Source: Bugula neritina
Taxonomy: Eukaryota; Animalia; Bryozoa
Length of the DNA: 64,000 bases
Assembly (NCBI GenBank): GCA_964035545.1
Contig: OZ037773.1
Span: forward strand, 10,693,751 to 10,757,750
Direction: 5' to 3'
Shown: piece after piece, positions 61,226-64,000 of the stretch
Numbering within the stretch: position 1 is the first letter of the stretch
How the letters are laid out: the number at the start of each line of letters is the position of its first letter
Notes under the pieces: model-generated
The model's input: only the letters and a program-made list of their open reading frames with translations
Database searches by the model: none
What the model was told of the DNA's origin: nothing
Position numbers and translations under genes: made by a program

Positions 61226-64000
61226 ATAAAAAGTCACAAAGCAGCAGAAAAAGCGCCGTTTTTCATCATATTATTTTAGCTAAAAAACAAATAAAATAAT
61301 TAGACTTTTCAATGCCAGTGACCATATAATTAGAGTTAATAACTGAATGAAGGTTGAAAAATTTACTAAAGCAATTTTCTGAGCACACTCAAATCCAACT
61401 AGAGGGTTTTCAATTTAATTAAACAATTTAGTTCACCTGTTGTATCCTAGAAGTAATCGTTTATAGAGACATGCACAGCTTTTGTTATGATGATCATCAT
61501 GTGTTATTCAAACTCTAGCTAGTCTATCAATGAATGATATAACTGCAGGTTATTGTAATTATAACCACGCCTATAGGTTGCCTATTGTTGATATGATATG
61601 ACTGTACTATTGTGACTGTAATAAGCCAAGACTTATCTCTTCAGCTGTAAACATTGGTGTGCTTGTAATGTGTTGCGGTTTGTGAAAGGAGCTAATTGCA
61701 GGACTAAGTAGACTGAAAGCATATTTGATTTCTCTGTTTTCATGGCTTATTCAGAAAAATTAAACTCGTTTACTTTTAAGCCAGAAGAATTGGCTGAATT
61801 AAGCATTTTAAAGAATGGTCATATTGTAGCTATTTTTCGAAAGTTGCCCCACAAAGGCATATGCAAGCCAAAAGAGATATACCGAGTGTTGCCAGACCAG
61901 TTCAAGTGTAGAATCACCGAGTTGACAATCGAACAGGTTTTAAAAGAATATAAAAAATGAATAAGAATATTGGAAAGAAGAGCGCCGTGGCTAGAATGAT
62001 AACATTCTTGGATGTGGAAATAGGGAACTCTACAACTCCTTTAGATTTACGTTTGCTGCCAAAGGCACCTTACCAATGCTCTATCAGTAGCAGGAACAGA
62101 ATACATCTGGCGCACAAGTTAACCCAAATAAGAGCCGATGAAACGGCTAAAAAGAACTTGTCTTTGACTTTTGAAATTACAAAACTAAAAGAGAGGCTAC
62201 GGATGGCACATTTTAAAGCAAGGAAATACTACCGTAGACATAAAAGAGCCTTAGGAAAAATCGATTTCCTTGAGAAAAACATAAATGGCCTCAAAAGGAC
62301 TGTAACAAGGGTTAAAAAGCAAATGACTTTTTGCCATAAAAGAGAACAAAAAAATAAAACGGAATCAGAAAACAAACTGACCCTCATTAGAGTTGCTATG
62401 CGACGGGAGTATTTAGAACTAAAAAAGCAGAATTCTATTTTGAAGGATAGAATTATAGAGTTGGAAGTAAAGCAAGATGAGCTAAATGATGATGTTGATA
62501 CCCAGCAGTTGAAAACCAAAGACAGTGGAAAATATGTGGAAAACATTCGTAAGGCTGTTTACTATTGTGCTCGTCGGCAGGTGCCAATGAATTATATTTC
62601 TGATATATTGGGTAAAAGCGTTGAGTTACTGACAGGTATCAGCGTGAGTCCACTTCCATCAGGATCTTCATGTTCAAACATGATAGCTGAGATGCGTCTT
62701 CTTTCTATGGTTCAGGCTGTTGAGGCAATTCTAAATTCTACCTTTGTGAATCTAGCATGGGATGCTACAACAGTAAAATGGAAACATCTGAACGAAGTTC
62801 ATGTTAATACAGACTCCGGACACTTTGTCCTTGATGTCACTGTTGTAGCTGGTAGTCAAGCATCAGATTATTCAGAGCACATCATCTCAGCTTTAGAAAA
62901 TGCGGTGGACTGTTACTGCAGTTTGAATACCAACTGTGACAGGCTGGAGGTGCTGAGCAAAGTCAAAGAAAACATCACTTCAACTTTGAGTGATCGAGCT
63001 GCTGTAAATAGTTGTGTTACAGCAAAACTGGAACAATATGTGGGCCACTCTTTAATGGAACTGAATTGCAATATACATCCATTGGACAGCCTTTCTATAG
63101 AGTATAGAAAGTTGGCAAAATCTTATGAGTTAAAGCAAAATGTCTCCTCCACCCTTCCTGGAAATGAGTCAATATTGCTGAAGCTCATTTTGAGTATTTC
63201 AAAGATAAAGTACAAGAGCTCATCAGGTGAGCCAAGCAAGTTTAAAGCATTCTTTAGTCAGCAACAAGAAGATCATAGGCTTATAATGCGATACGTTGGC
63301 AATAGATTTCACGTTCTATTTGCTCTTTGCGGCAACATTCACTATCTGCTGAAATTACTTATAATGTATTTCTCTGATGTGTCTGAAAAGGAAATTTCTA
63401 AAGGTATTCTATCAGCTTTGCAGTCAGATGTTGTAAGACAAGAGCTACTCATTGGAGGACTTTTTGGGAAACGGTTAACAGGGCCATGGATGACATGCTT
63501 GTACCGGAAAGAAAATGTCTCCAACCTTGAAAGCAGTCGAATACTGAACCAGGCCTATAAGAACGTCCAGAAACTTGTACAAGAACCTGAACTTTTGTGG
63601 AGTAAAGATTTTAACTGTTTCAACATTGCCAATTCTGAAGACCCTGTAGCTTTACACCTCAATGCTGTTGAACCAGATCATGCTTTACTCTCTCTGGCCT
63701 CTCAAACAGCCAAGTCATTTGAGCAAGTAATGGTCAAACAACTAACACGGTACCTTCAAGGAGGGGAGCTGTACGAACTTCCTCCTGAAAGAGTTGTTCT
63801 TGCTACTAATGCCCCATCAGACAACATGATTGCAGAAAGTGTTTTAGGGTTGTCTGATAATTTGTGTCGTAATTTACGCAATTCAACTGCTGCACATTTG
63901 TCAGCTAAAGTAGCCTTTGCGACTAATAAAACCTTTGAATGGTTGGATACTTTAGAAAGTGGATCCATATATAACTCAATTAAAGCTTCAAGGACACTCC
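57931..64000. repeat. Large inverted repeat: arms 57931-59254 and 62677-64000 (>=1324 bp, ungapped)
   Basis: AACATGATAGCTGAGATGCGTCTT at 62677 is the reverse complement of 59254 downward; the window end AAGGACACTCC matches 57931; near-duplicate antisense ORFs in the track (METFSFRY..., MDPLSKVS...). Confidence 0.95.
61742..64000 (+). CDS. DDE-transposase-like copy B, split by a 1-nt frameshift at ~61957, runs off the window end
   Basis: 61742-61960 is homologous to the copy A N-terminus (LKNGHIV/LKHGHIV, LPDQF/LPEKF); a second frame opens at ATG 61957 and stays open to 64000 with the same WDATT, SDRAAVN, CNIH, GNRFH and MIAESVLG motifs. Confidence 0.75.

Noticed and set aside
57963-63968. 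Paired small ORFs METFSFRY... and MDPLSKVS... and the 252-aa ORF 60214-60972
   Set aside because: Antisense shadows of the transposase genes and their 33-bp repeat; useful only as evidence of the inverted repeat.
1-64000. tRNA or rRNA genes
   Set aside because: None recognised; the only tRNA-related sequence is the retrotransposon PBS.

Overview
AT-rich, gene-dense invertebrate animal genomic DNA with spliceosomal GT-AG introns; the species cannot be determined from sequence alone. Most ORF-track entries are artefacts of tandem repeats. Hand-splicing exons gives ten host genes: RSPH9 (3' end), an orphan protein ending in a polybasic-CaaX tail, a secreted chitin-binding-like + 3xEGF protein, C1D head-to-head with a C1orf198 homolog, an RHBDD1/RHBDL4-like rhomboid lacking both catalytic residues, MCFD2, a C14orf119 homolog, an alpha-L-fucosidase with a nonsense codon, and an orphan multi-pass membrane protein. 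Mobile DNA comprises a Gypsy LTR retrotransposon with an intact gag-pol but no 3' LTR, a palindromic Penelope-type hammerhead remnant, and two head-to-head DDE-transposase-like genes with nearly identical catalytic halves and highly diverged N-termini. The dominant pattern is that almost every long intron is filled by its own private minisatellite, and in many cases the unit is a copy of the exon-intron junction, creating runs of duplicated splice donors or acceptors. Exon coordinates were read by eye and may be off by a few bases.
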